Positions 21,101 to 30,900 of a stretch of DNA of 64,000 nt are shown here, piece by piece. The DNA is from a virus, in IMG/VR virus record IMGVR_UViG_3300036766_000889; one strand, 5' to 3'. The translations under genes and the position numbers were made by a program. Each line of letters opens with the position of its first letter. The stretch's first letter is position 1. Below the pieces are notes generated by a model, which did not search any database, was not told the origin of the DNA, and worked only from the letters and a program-made list of their open reading frames with translations.

Positions 21101-23570
21101 AATTAGACTCTCCTCCAGTTGCTTCAGCTACGTAATAATCAATGATAACAAGAGGGGCAGTACCGTCAATTCCAAGAGGAGCATTCATCACCAGAGTGTC
21201 AGGAAATAAGAATGAATAACTCGATGGATCTGCAGTTACATTTTCAACGTACACAGTTATCGGTGTGGCGGGAGAAACGATTACCGTATTATGAGAAGGG
21301 TTGAATTTCACACTAGAAGAGTTTACGGTAACAATTCCTTGTTCTTGACGAACCTTAAACGTAGCGAAATCAGTCTTTGGTGTGGGAACAACAGTGACAC
21401 CATTGTCCGTTGACTGTTGCCACACATAATCAACCTTATATTTATCTCCAGGCTTGGCGGAAGAAACTAAGTTAATCTGTCCGATTGATTGAATCGTACT
21501 AAATTCATCATCATCTAATTTCAAAAATTCTTGATCATCAGTACCTTTTCGATAAACTGATATCTTTTTTAATGGCGGAGAAAATTTCGTCCAAAATCTG
21601 TCAGCAACAATTTCTCTATCGGTTCTTATATCGACAGAAAAAGTTCCTGACGACCTAAACGGAGAATTTACAAGAACTGTTTTTGAATCAAGAACGTCAG
21701 TTATTTTGTATAAACCAACATTCGGACCAGAGTTAAAGAAAACAAAATACCCTATGACTCGTGAATCAAATACTGATGTCTGAGAAATAAATGTTTTTGG
21801 TAGTTGAACCGTTCCAGAAACGTTAAGAATATTGTTTGGATCATCTTCCCCGATACCTGACACGAATTCAATTAAACCACTATCCTGATCAAAATCGAAG
21901 TCGACACCGGGTATGATGGCAGATCCATCAATAGATATCTCTAAACCGTCACTAATTACCATCGTCTCAGAAAGTTTTACAGAAGACGATGGAGATGGTA
22001 TAACAAATTCCAGGTTTCTACGAGCACTGAACTTCAATTGTTTTTTGTCTAAATCTAAAAGATACCCGAATCCTTGAAGTAAAGGATTGGTTCCATCAGA
22101 CAAATCACCAACCAACGTGCTACTACTGCCAGATGCCTGAGCTATAGATACTACTAAATCAGAGTCAATAGTAGGAATTGTAGGAAGAATGACAAGTGGT
22201 GATTGCGATATACCATCGCTAACAACTTGTTCAGACACTTTATATATCTCGGTGAAATCAGATTTTATCGTAAAACCAGTTCCGTTAACGCCACTTCGAA
22301 AAACTTGTATGGATGCACCGTGCTCCATTTGTAAGAGTGTGTCTACATAAAAAAGAGTCGTGGATTGGAATTTTTTGGCATCTTTTCGTGACATGTAGAC
22401 TGACCCGGTAAAAGAGTCTACAACCACAAATCCTGATTTTGGTTTAGGAAAAGTTCCTAAAGATAAAGAGTTACCAACGACAACTTGAAAATAATACCGT
22501 CTAGTGTCTCCAATTGGAGTGAGAAAAAATGAAAATCTCGTAGCAGCTACAGACCCCCAAGAAGATGAATCCTTCGGGTCAAGTATCGGGTTGAAACCAG
22601 GATCGAGTAAACCGGCAAAATCATTAGAAGACCCAACAAGTACAGGCGTACTATTCGGAATTTGAATAGAAACGTCTACGGTTATGGTTCCAACAATCCC
22701 ACGGTTTAATGAAACTCTCCCGATGATGACACCGTCGTAATATACCGGGCTGTTTGGGTATGCATCGATATCTTGAGAAGAGAATAGAACTCTTCCAGTG
22801 TCAAGAGATAGTAAAACCGAACCAGGAGGTGGAGGAGAGAGAAGTGACTCCGTTAATACAAACAGAACGGACAAATAAGGTCTGTAACCAATACGAATTC
22901 TAGGAGTTTGTCCAGAACCAGGAATTGGGTTTAAAAATAAAAAGTGACCTTCGGACGATGAACTTGGAAGATTTCCGAATTGACCTTTCGTCTTCGACCG
23001 GTCGAAAAACCCCTGTCTTGTTAAACGAACTTTTTGACTTTTATATGCAGTGTTTTCAACATCAAGTGAATTGAAATTCAGTTCACCTTTATCGAGAGAA
23101 ATTTCGACAGAACCGATAGGTGGGTTACCGAAGTCATCGGATTTACTTACAGTTATCACAGAAAACGTAACAAGCCTGACAGGGTACCCGATATAAATAG
23201 AGTATGGAGACTCAGGAGCAGTCGGATCCTGAATCGGAGCCATGAGTCTTCCAGTATTGCTGATTACTCCAATTTCCTCCGGAGCAGCTCCGGGCAGAGT
23301 ATTCCATCGTCTTGAGTATGAGTCGTAATCGAATCTATTGACAGTCCCGTTATTTCGACTCCAATCAAAAAATAATCCCGGGTCCCCGATATCGATGCCG
23401 GATGATCCAACAGGCTGACCACCGACAAACATTAGATAGTCAGCTCTTCCAGGTGAAGAGTTTAAAGCATCAACACTCGAGATAACACTCCTAGGTGGAT
23501 ACGTAAACGGGTTATTCCCGACCGCAACTTTAACGCCTTCAAGAAGAAATCCTGATATGTCTAATGTCAT
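18144..23570 (-). CDS. Very large beta-rich baseplate/tail structural protein (1808 aa)
   Basis: Long ORF rich in S/T/V/G/P with repeated GPNVGLYKI/GSNRGLYKI-type motifs; lies between spike and wedge genes. Confidence 0.65.
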   Translation of the reverse strand: MTLDISGFLLEGVKVAVGNNPFTYPPRSVISSVDALNSSPGRADYLMFVGGQPVGSSGIDIGDPGLFFDWSRNNGTVNRFDYDSYSRRWNTLPGAAPEEIGVISNTGRLMAPIQDPTAPESPYSIYIGYPVRLVTFSVITVSKSDDFGNPPIGSVEISLDKGELNFNSLDVENTAYKSQKVRLTRQGFFDRSKTKGQFGNLPSSSSEGHFLFLNPIPGSGQTPRIRIGYRPYLSVLFVLTESLLSPPPPGSVLLSLDTGRVLFSSQDIDAYPNSPVYYDGVIIGRVSLNRGIVGTITVDVSIQIPNSTPVLVGSSNDFAGLLDPGFNPILDPKDSSSWGSVAATRFSFFLTPIGDTRRYYFQVVVGNSLSLGTFPKPKSGFVVVDSFTGSVYMSRKDAKKFQSTTLFYVDTLLQMEHGASIQVFRSGVNGTGFTIKSDFTEIYKVSEQVVSDGISQSPLVILPTIPTIDSDLVVSIAQASGSSSTLVGDLSDGTNPLLQGFGYLLDLDKKQLKFSARRNLEFVIPSPSSSVKLSETMVISDGLEISIDGSAIIPGVDFDFDQDSGLIEFVSGIGEDDPNNILNVSGTVQLPKTFISQTSVFDSRVIGYFVFFNSGPNVGLYKITDVLDSKTVLVNSPFRSSGTFSVDIRTDREIVADRFWTKFSPPLKKISVYRKGTDDQEFLKLDDDEFSTIQSIGQINLVSSAKPGDKYKVDYVWQQSTDNGVTVVPTPKTDFATFKVRQEQGIVTVNSSSVKFNPSHNTVIVSPATPITVYVENVTADPSSYSFLFPDTLVMNAPLGIDGTAPLVIIDYYVAEATGGESNFTLPYAPIDVDYPVILGRDAIASPYDALDSNDIGIAPPSIFNGNQTSILVQGGAVLASDIQVFSIQSVLYNSVTDSTTVVFFPAPDVTVTNAKMLVTGPISDFENYLVTETSMVDTVTKGGNIISVSGKKSYIQGMIFFIDGDPYKSISVSFNQKTGNTDVVIASPSTRNYILAGLRYTIRPVLEPGGKFQTNKPASIKSYPFTLVKDGPTPAVLQKGVDFNVSEGGLVTLLSEVGYGDILEAMYVYSVVKPAGTTFTFNYSSQIAPTQTNGIQGQKLVLNYNLYSPDTFFFRRESIVTFIPEVVDELKGSLTTGASSGPNIESKSSLKLKDMGNPSLYFNEQHMSNVDVVISRLLKFYNDLINSWEDILSDLDGRVVGGISGKFRFDGNLSNPVASSYGEITNDIDDSALIYVDLVLTGFFDFKEVPVYSYMYEPNELSRIFPIGTLVVAALNDNIGVGNFKKQMGSLMVPHLTGVGAMSSAPSFSLFTTTNGGTTLIIPQNGDPDNLIPEFVPGPVDVYTPNGSLEISATILSVTSISLLSVITIYVEIDTPTSLRAGSIVQELKKSYYSVGRDLNVNFKNGNIKNFSLPPPFSSIQTPVMGSEIIQSDVTFSNTDIAPRRIPVLDGSVLTDSGRPSVPPLFRPSETSLLSDELLLLSGVGNARVAVDLFTVTNTTFQLIAGSYIEFVNGPNIGKKVQIASTPTPTPTTAVVVHPPLVLQIDTIGSDFVVHQSQNDSFVNLYSLELGVLNNFVESFAVPPALIGNVNSELISVDQIILSLGQQRASGTGVASSPTVLSDPSGNFTSIFPPFSSSSVLYVSSGSNRGLYKIVSSTINTITISTEFPYAAFPSIGSSTPYIVIQPWSFVSEREPQACVEFLSKTIAFYNSTLAWYSSPTLGGVSSRISTVGARITYVADFISQVSDLLSVEDELYDVRYLWIQQRTDKKDGTISKRNQSKSQREENTGKLISNQRKLLIAESLAL

Positions 23571-23589
23571 AATGTCTAAAATCCCAAAC

Positions 23590-24486
23590 TCATACAGTAT
23601 CTTTTGATCGTGTATGATTTTTAGAAGCGTTAGATACAGCCATCCTATACTCCGGATCTTGCCATTGTTTTTTAGCTATTATAGATAATTTAGTCCGATA
23701 CTCAGGTATACTAGCAATTCTTTTTGATACTAAAGATCTTTTCGCTTTCGATTCTGGTGTGTTCATTGATAATTTAGCAGCTGCGGATCTTCTAGCTTTC
23801 GATTCTGGAGTATTTAGTGCGGCTCTGATAGCAGCAGACCTTTTTGCTTTCGATTCTGGTGTGTTAAGAGCTATTTTTCTGTTTATGCATGCTTGAGATG
23901 TACGAAAATATTTAACAGATTGAATTGACTTTGATACTGTAGATTTTTTCTTTTTTGATTCTGATGTGTTAGCAATTTTTTTAAATATTTTTGATAATTT
24001 AGTACGATATTCTGGTGTATTAGCAATTGCCTTCATGACTGCAGATCTTCTAGATTTAGATTCTGGAGTATTTAATGATGCTTTAGAAGCTGCTCGCGCT
24101 TGAAGCGTATGCAAATATTTAACGGATTGAGTTGCTTTAGCTATTTCGGATAGTTTAGCTCGGTATTCTAATTGATTTGAATTTAAAGCATGCTGGCCAC
24201 CGAGAGCTAAATTGAAACCATTTTCAGAATTTCGCGTATCTTCTTGTTCAATTATCGTACGTTCAGTCTCATTCGCACCTTCAAGATCCCATGACTGGGC
24301 AAGAACTTTATGTTCAAATGCATCATATCCATACTTACGAATAGCATTTTGAAAATATGATCTTCCGCTTTTTGAATTCTTTATGTGTTCCTTCCAACGT
24401 TTTTCCATGGTATGACTAGTCAAACCGATGTAACGACGTCCATCGGTCTTAAGAGTATGGCAGTATATCGTCCATTTTTCATGCAT
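23590..24486 (-). CDS. GIY-YIG homing endonuclease with C-terminal tandem NTPESKAKRS (NUMOD3-like) repeats
   Basis: TIYCHT...RRYIGLT...RWKEH...FQNAIRKYG...E...GFNLALGG. Confidence 0.9.
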   Translation of the reverse strand: MHEKWTIYCHTLKTDGRRYIGLTSHTMEKRWKEHIKNSKSGRSYFQNAIRKYGYDAFEHKVLAQSWDLEGANETERTIIEQEDTRNSENGFNLALGGQHALNSNQLEYRAKLSEIAKATQSVKYLHTLQARAASKASLNTPESKSRRSAVMKAIANTPEYRTKLSKIFKKIANTSESKKKKSTVSKSIQSVKYFRTSQACINRKIALNTPESKAKRSAAIRAALNTPESKARRSAAAKLSMNTPESKAKRSLVSKRIASIPEYRTKLSIIAKKQWQDPEYRMAVSNASKNHTRSKDTV

Positions 24487-24539
24487 TTATCTGAAAACCT
24501 CTGAAGTGTCTAATGACATTATGTAACAGTCTTTCTCTT

Positions 24540-25115
24540 TCAATTAACGGTAGCAAACCCTATCCCCCCACCAGGAAGTATACTTGGCGGACCAATAATG
24601 GCAACAACTCCTTGAGCAGATGATATTGCTGAATCCAAAGCTCCGCCTATTGCTTGACCTAAAGAAGGAATCGAAGAACCCGTCATACCTGACGATACGA
24701 GGGCAGACGTAAACAAAGTCCCTCCAGTCCCATTAGGTATGCATTGAACTTTTCCGACACCTATGCCAACTCCAGCGTTTATCGTACTGATGTTAGCGGT
24801 CAGTAAAGAACTTGAAATTCCAAATGATATAGCCTCCGCAGTAATTGGACTAAATGGTCCAGCAATGAGAGATGCTACAAACAAACTTGACATGATTCCC
24901 GTAAGAAGTGGTCCCGGTAAAAACATACCAAGTCCAATTCCAGACCCAACACCAAGGGTACCCACATCAATGCTGATAACGGTACACCCACCAGTCATAT
25001 ATAACTGAAGACCAGTGGCGCAACCAACAGCGAGTTGCGACATACCAACGCCAGTCATCCCGTGAGAAATGAAAAAACCTTCAAAGATCGGAACGGTAGG
25101 TGGACCGAGAGCCAT
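24540..25115 (-). CDS. Gly-rich protein downstream of the spike (possible spike-tip or cap protein)
   Basis: Two internal Gly-rich halves; adjacent to the spike gene. Confidence 0.4.
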   Translation of the reverse strand: MALGPPTVPIFEGFFISHGMTGVGMSQLAVGCATGLQLYMTGGCTVISIDVGTLGVGSGIGLGMFLPGPLLTGIMSSLFVASLIAGPFSPITAEAISFGISSSLLTANISTINAGVGIGVGKVQCIPNGTGGTLFTSALVSSGMTGSSIPSLGQAIGGALDSAISSAQGVVAIIGPPSILPGGGIGFATVN

Positions 25116-25120
25116 CCTTA

Positions 25121-27484
25121 CTAGCCTACAGATATTGTTGGTAGTCCAAGTATAGGAATACCCGTGATATAGTCAAGATGCGGGCCAGGCGGGCCAGGGA
25201 TCCCGGCCACAAGAAATCCGACCGGAACAACTCCGATTTTTGTAGTCGGAGACGTCAACGAGATGTTCGAAGCTGCTGAAATAGCAACGGCCGCTCCAGA
25301 AGTCACGGAAACGGGGCCTCCGCCAGCAGTAAGGGACATAGCACCAGAACCGCAAAGGGCGCTCCAGCTACCAGTACCGACAAACGAAGACATATTCCCT
25401 GTGGCAACGGTTTTTGTCATATTTCCCGTGATAACCGTATCGGCCATAGAAGCACCGGAAACAAGAGTACGAGCAATGGAACCAGCAAGGACAGTAGTTG
25501 AGTCAACAGCTGTGAGTACCAAAGAGATTCTTCCGAGAGCAAAAAAATAGTTACAAACTTGAGCATAATGAGCTTGAGTTTTCCCTAAGACAGTTTCAGA
25601 TCTGTCACCAGCACAGCTTAATGAGTAACCGCCAGGACCGGCGTTATCCGTCATCTTCTGGCCCTTGTTTGACATTTCAGCGCCAGATTCACTGACAACA
25701 GAACCTGACGCTATCGCCATTTTGGTCCCATTAATTCTCTCAAGGGTGCTTCCACCCATGACCCCTGAGTACGCAAGACCAGTTATTGGATCACCGTGAA
25801 CTATGTGTGTTACGCCACCGTGAAGTTCAATACGAACAGATTCACCGCCCTTGGCAGATTTATCGGTGACTGCAGGGTCCGAAGCAAATCTCCCTATTTC
25901 TAATTCAAGACCACCTTCAAGCTTAAGGTCAACACTTTTGTGTTCATGGTTCGGAGACGCGCCAATAATGGCTTTCATCATTCCGACAACATTTAGATCT
26001 ATAGATCTACCTACATCATCCGCTTCCCCGTGATGCGCCATCGGCACGTGGATCATGACGCGCCCTTCTTTAGTGACGCCAAATACATATTGATTACTAG
26101 TGGTTGGGTGTCTGATGGCAAATAAGCGAGCAAGACCAACGAAATCAACATCCTCGAGACGAGAAATTACGTCTAGAGGGTCAATTACTGGATTATCTGC
26201 AACCTTCTTGTCCTTCGAACTATTGAAGATTTTCATCCCCAAAATTCGCCCATACTGACTTCTACCAGATGCCGTATGGAAATCGTTACCTACAACAGTT
26301 CCTCGAACGTCTTCAATGAAGACTGGATAGGGTGGGTCAATCTGAAAACCATCAACTTCGTCCGTGACTTTCATCACGCCATCATCGATCATTCTCATTT
26401 CGAAACGGTCTTCGGTATATGAGACCGGTGTAACGTTAAAACCTTGCGTAGCAGAACCCTGAACTATATACGAAGCTCTCTGTCCGTCAGGATGGACTAC
26501 ATAGGGGTAGTTTGGTACGCCAGGAAGAGCATCACTCCCGCCAAAGAATTCCGAAACTAACTCAGGATTTGATTCAAGAAGTGCGAGAAGTTCAGGTGAT
26601 GTACTAACGGAAAAATTAGGAGAACCATCGTTTTGAATTAATCCAAAGTTATGAAGTATGTTATAAGCAGGGTTTCTATCTAACGGATCTCCGTCCTCAT
26701 CGACGCCATTTGCTTCTTTACCAGGGTTAATAATGGCATATGGTTTTCCAGTAGCATTATTTATCGGAAAAAGATCCGGAAGGAGATTAAGAGCTGATCT
26801 TTTGATTAAACCGCGCCGGTAATATCCAGCCGCATTCGTAACAAATTCATTTCTGACATTTAGTATGGAAGTTTGATCAGAGTCCCTTAAACGGAATTCG
26901 TTACCTGCGCGGTTTGTTACGAATGCGTCCCGGTCAAGAATGAAATCGGATCCGGAACTTGATGAAGCAATGAAGTCTCCAGGATAACCTTTCCGGGCTT
27001 TAAGACGCGTTACCCCGAAGTTAGCATGTGGATCGTCTTCATACTCAGGAAAGTCTAAAAGAATTTCTGCCGCTTCATTTGGGTCTACGGATGAATATGG
27101 TTCATACTCACGAGCGGGGAAAATGCCGGATGTCAAAAACTCAATTATGTATGGGGTGTGATTCCCGCGATTATCAAATTTTTTCCAACCAATTATTACT
27201 TTTGTTCCTACTTCAGGAATAATGCCTGCCCAACTACGTGGACCAGAACCTCCTGGAGCAGGGAGGGGGATATCTTGCCGTTCCCCTCGCATCGAATCGA
27301 ATGCGACAGAGCATACCATCGTTTCAGTATCAACATGGACTATTCTACCCGAGTGTAGGTATGCTTTCGCATCCTTTGCGTTGGTTCCTTGTGTTTTATA
27401 ACCACCTACAGTATATGGGTCCGGTGATGTACGGATACCCTTCGGGGGCGGGGGTAAGTGACCTCTTCTTCCACCTTTTGCCAT
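25121..27484 (-). CDS. Baseplate central spike (gp5/gpV/VgrG-like)
   Basis: N-terminal OB-fold-like GRIVHVDTETMVCSV...IPEVGTKVIIGW; C-terminal Gly/Ser/Thr/Val beta-helix repeats. Confidence 0.7.
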   Translation of the reverse strand: MAKGGRRGHLPPPPKGIRTSPDPYTVGGYKTQGTNAKDAKAYLHSGRIVHVDTETMVCSVAFDSMRGERQDIPLPAPGGSGPRSWAGIIPEVGTKVIIGWKKFDNRGNHTPYIIEFLTSGIFPAREYEPYSSVDPNEAAEILLDFPEYEDDPHANFGVTRLKARKGYPGDFIASSSSGSDFILDRDAFVTNRAGNEFRLRDSDQTSILNVRNEFVTNAAGYYRRGLIKRSALNLLPDLFPINNATGKPYAIINPGKEANGVDEDGDPLDRNPAYNILHNFGLIQNDGSPNFSVSTSPELLALLESNPELVSEFFGGSDALPGVPNYPYVVHPDGQRASYIVQGSATQGFNVTPVSYTEDRFEMRMIDDGVMKVTDEVDGFQIDPPYPVFIEDVRGTVVGNDFHTASGRSQYGRILGMKIFNSSKDKKVADNPVIDPLDVISRLEDVDFVGLARLFAIRHPTTSNQYVFGVTKEGRVMIHVPMAHHGEADDVGRSIDLNVVGMMKAIIGASPNHEHKSVDLKLEGGLELEIGRFASDPAVTDKSAKGGESVRIELHGGVTHIVHGDPITGLAYSGVMGGSTLERINGTKMAIASGSVVSESGAEMSNKGQKMTDNAGPGGYSLSCAGDRSETVLGKTQAHYAQVCNYFFALGRISLVLTAVDSTTVLAGSIARTLVSGASMADTVITGNMTKTVATGNMSSFVGTGSWSALCGSGAMSLTAGGGPVSVTSGAAVAISAASNISLTSPTTKIGVVPVGFLVAGIPGPPGPHLDYITGIPILGLPTISVG

Positions 27485-27538
27485 AAGTTACGTTACTTTA
27501 TTAAAAGCATCATTTGATGCGGAAGATAACACATAATC

Positions 27539-27979
27539 ATGAAACCAAAGTATAGTTTGGATGGAAGGTTTAAGATGCCAACAATTGTTCAAGTATGTAC
27601 GCTCGCTGGAAAAATAATCGAAAAAGCGCGTTGGGAAGTTGAGTTTCCATCTGGCATTCAAGAGGGCCATACCGTAGCTGTAAACATTCCGTTCAACGAT
27701 TCAGCCCTAAACGGATATTTGGCAAGGTCCAAGTCACCAAACTGTCTAGTAGACAAAGGACCGTCTGGCTACAGTGTTGGATTGACATTCCAAGTTAAAC
27801 ACATTAGCCACATGATCGATACATCAGTAAAAGAGGAAGTGGAAGCAACCTCTATGGCTACTGTTCAACCAGTGAACCGTCTCGTAGAAAATGTGATTTT
27901 GTATTTACTTGATGCTACAAAATGCGATCAAAAATTCGTTCAAGGAATTCGTGGAGAAATCAGGATTTCTTCAGAATAG
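27539..27979 (+). CDS. Hypothetical protein (146 aa), opposite strand to the operon
   Basis: Fills the gap between the hub and spike genes. Confidence 0.55.
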   Translation: MKPKYSLDGRFKMPTIVQVCTLAGKIIEKARWEVEFPSGIQEGHTVAVNIPFNDSALNGYLARSKSPNCLVDKGPSGYSVGLTFQVKHISHMIDTSVKEEVEATSMATVQPVNRLVENVILYLLDATKCDQKFVQGIRGEIRISSE

Positions 27980-30900
27980 TAATATTCGGAACGCCACTGG
28001 GGGTGGGAACAAAATCTGGCGGTGGTACCGGACCAACCATTCGGCCATCTAAAGGGAAATCTTGATCGTTCGAGATTATCACCGGAGCATTAAGGATAGC
28101 TGACCCAACCGTAACGCTTTTGAGGCGCGAGACGTCTTTTTGACTAATAATAGTAGGTAGAGGAAGAGGCTGCCCATGAGGTTGAGTTTGTGGTACTGGC
28201 GTAGTATTGATTTGCCCAGTGATTCTACCCTTGAAAGAGTCATTAGGATCTCCAAAGTGCAGGTCATTAATAACAACTTCAATTTTTTCTTTTCCAGATT
28301 TCCAAGCGTCCTTAAGATTACCTAGTGCCTTCTGGGTAGAACCGAAATTGAAGTTTGCCTTTTGCTTAATGGCTTCAATGGCATCTTTATCTCCTCGTGC
28401 TGCAGCCGCAAAAAGTGGACCAATAGGGTCACCAAACGCTGGATCGTCAGCAGCGAGTATGTTGTCCTCAGGGTTTCCAAAAAGTGGAGATCCTAGATTA
28501 TTAGAAAATACAGATTGACGTATAACAGGGTCATTTTGAGTCGATCTTTCAATGGACCTGTTACCAACGGTGTAATTCTTTTCTCTCTGGACGTTGAACG
28601 AATACTTTCTAGTAAATTCAGACGATAAGAAATCATTAAGAGCATCGAAGAAAGAGTTACTACTTACACTTCCAGTAAAAACGGATTCTTTCGGGTTTAT
28701 ACCATGCGTCGTGAGGGATGATATCGTGTTAGGTAATGACGATATTCTTTGACGACGTGATTCATTTTGTGAATCAGTGAATTTCTTCATGTTAAGTTCG
28801 ATTTCGGCTTTAGCTTCACTTATACTCATTGAAGATGGAGTCAAATCGGCTGATAGGTTTGTTATCTGGGTCTCACCGAAAGATTCTTTTAACGACAATT
28901 CTCCAATTTCGGCATCAGCACTGGCTTGTTTAGCAGAAATAACAGCATCTATTTCAGAGTTAATTCCTGTTATCTTCTCTTGACTCTCAGGGTTCACTTC
29001 ACTGTTGAAAGTTTCTCTGATAGACCCGATCATGTCCTTACTGTTTACTATCTTTGTAATAAACTCCACCGGCAAAACACTCAACCAATCACCACGACTG
29101 AGTCCGCAACTGCACGGTTTATGAGCAGAGTCGAGACCGGGAAGGTCTATCGTAGGAGAGAGTTCACCGAGAGTCTTAGACTTTCGTAGGGAGTCAGCTT
29201 CTATGAAAACACTTTTCCCCGTATTTGAATTCATTAAGTTCGTGTATGTATTCTGAGAAGTTTGAACCACGTCCGTAGGACCGCCAGTAGCGTACCCCTT
29301 AAAACTCGCTCCAGTAACGTAATCATCAGGCTGCATTTTTTCGAATGAACTTGCATATGACACGACGTGTCCTGTAGCACTACCGATCACAGACGGGTCT
29401 GTCAAAAAACCACCCGACGGAGCAAATTGAAGATTAATTTCATTTGCAAGGTTTTGTGGGTCACCCGTGTTTATTTTAAGCTGGCCCCTATCGATGAAAG
29501 AACCTCGACCATATTTATAATGCCCTATGACTTCAAATCCAAATTCATCGGATACTGGCCTAATCATCATATTCAAAGATGCGAATCTTTGAGTATCTCC
29601 AAGGTTTTTCTTAACCAATAAGTTGTTTTCCTTCGCTTCATCGAGAATCTTTTTTGCTTCTCCTAGAGAATTTTTCTTCACCTCGATATCTGAAGCTGCA
29701 TTGGAAACTTCAGTATCACTACCAACTGTGACTAACGAGTCTTTTTTATTTCGTGCCTTGACGAGTGCGTTAAAAGTCTTTGTAGACTTTATGAGTTCAT
29801 TCGATGCTTCCTTAAATGACTTTGTAGCCGCGTCAACATCGTCCTGCGTTTTCTTTATGTCTGATTTCTTTTGAACTTCAAGAGTCTTCTTGTTAGCTTC
29901 GGATACAAAGCTTCCTCCTGAATTGGCAGGTTGCCATGTTACTGAGTCGATCGGAATGAGTTGAAAATCTTTAATTTGTCTCGAGACATCAAATGCATAA
30001 TCGTATGCACCAGCATTAGTCATACCAGCTTCATACCTATGAGCACGAAGACGATCAATTATGTCTTTTTTCTGTTCAGACTGAAGTTGTAAGAAAATGG
30101 CCTGCGCTACTTCTTTTTGTTTAAAATTAATACTTTGTTCAGTTTCATCTGATTGAGTTTGACTTTGCTTAGGCGGAGGATTACCCATTCTCTCAGCCAA
30201 ACTTTTTAGACTCTTATCGTCATCATATTTAGCCCTATAAACCATGACAACGTTCGGGTATCCGAGCATTTTTCCAGTTTTTGGGTCTCTTAAAAAAACT
30301 GGGCTGCCTTCTTGCACACTCTGAGTTTGACCCGTTGTAGAACCAGGCCTGTCAGGAAATTCAACCGTATAAGTAGGAACTTTTCTTTTAGTTCCCGCTT
30401 CACCACTTCCTTTAGGCGGATTAGACTCTTTAACACCAGATTGTTTAATAGACCCGATGTTACTAGGTGCAATAAATTTAGATCTCTTCGCTGTTAGGTT
30501 TAACGTTGTTGTAGCCTGTCCACCGACTGAATACTGATGTGATATCCCTTGGATATAAAAGAAAGAGTCGTACTTTGGGAACCACATAGGGAAACCCATT
30601 CTGATTTCAGGACGCAAAGGAATCGTTACAGTTCCATTCTGTCTTTTCGAGTTTAATCGATCAAGGTAATCCATCATATGGAAAAACAGTTTTCGTGGAT
30701 TACCGGACCACTCACATTGATAATCGTGTTTCCTCCATCCGTATCTACGTAAGAGGTGAAAGTCATAAACTCCGGAATTAGGTGATGTGATTGAGTCAGT
30801 AAGGCCCCAATCCATGACGCCGCCGAATGCGTTCCCAGACCCGGTTATGTGAGTAACGACCTCAGCTTCAGTGTCAGTAATACTGTCTTCTATTATTTCA

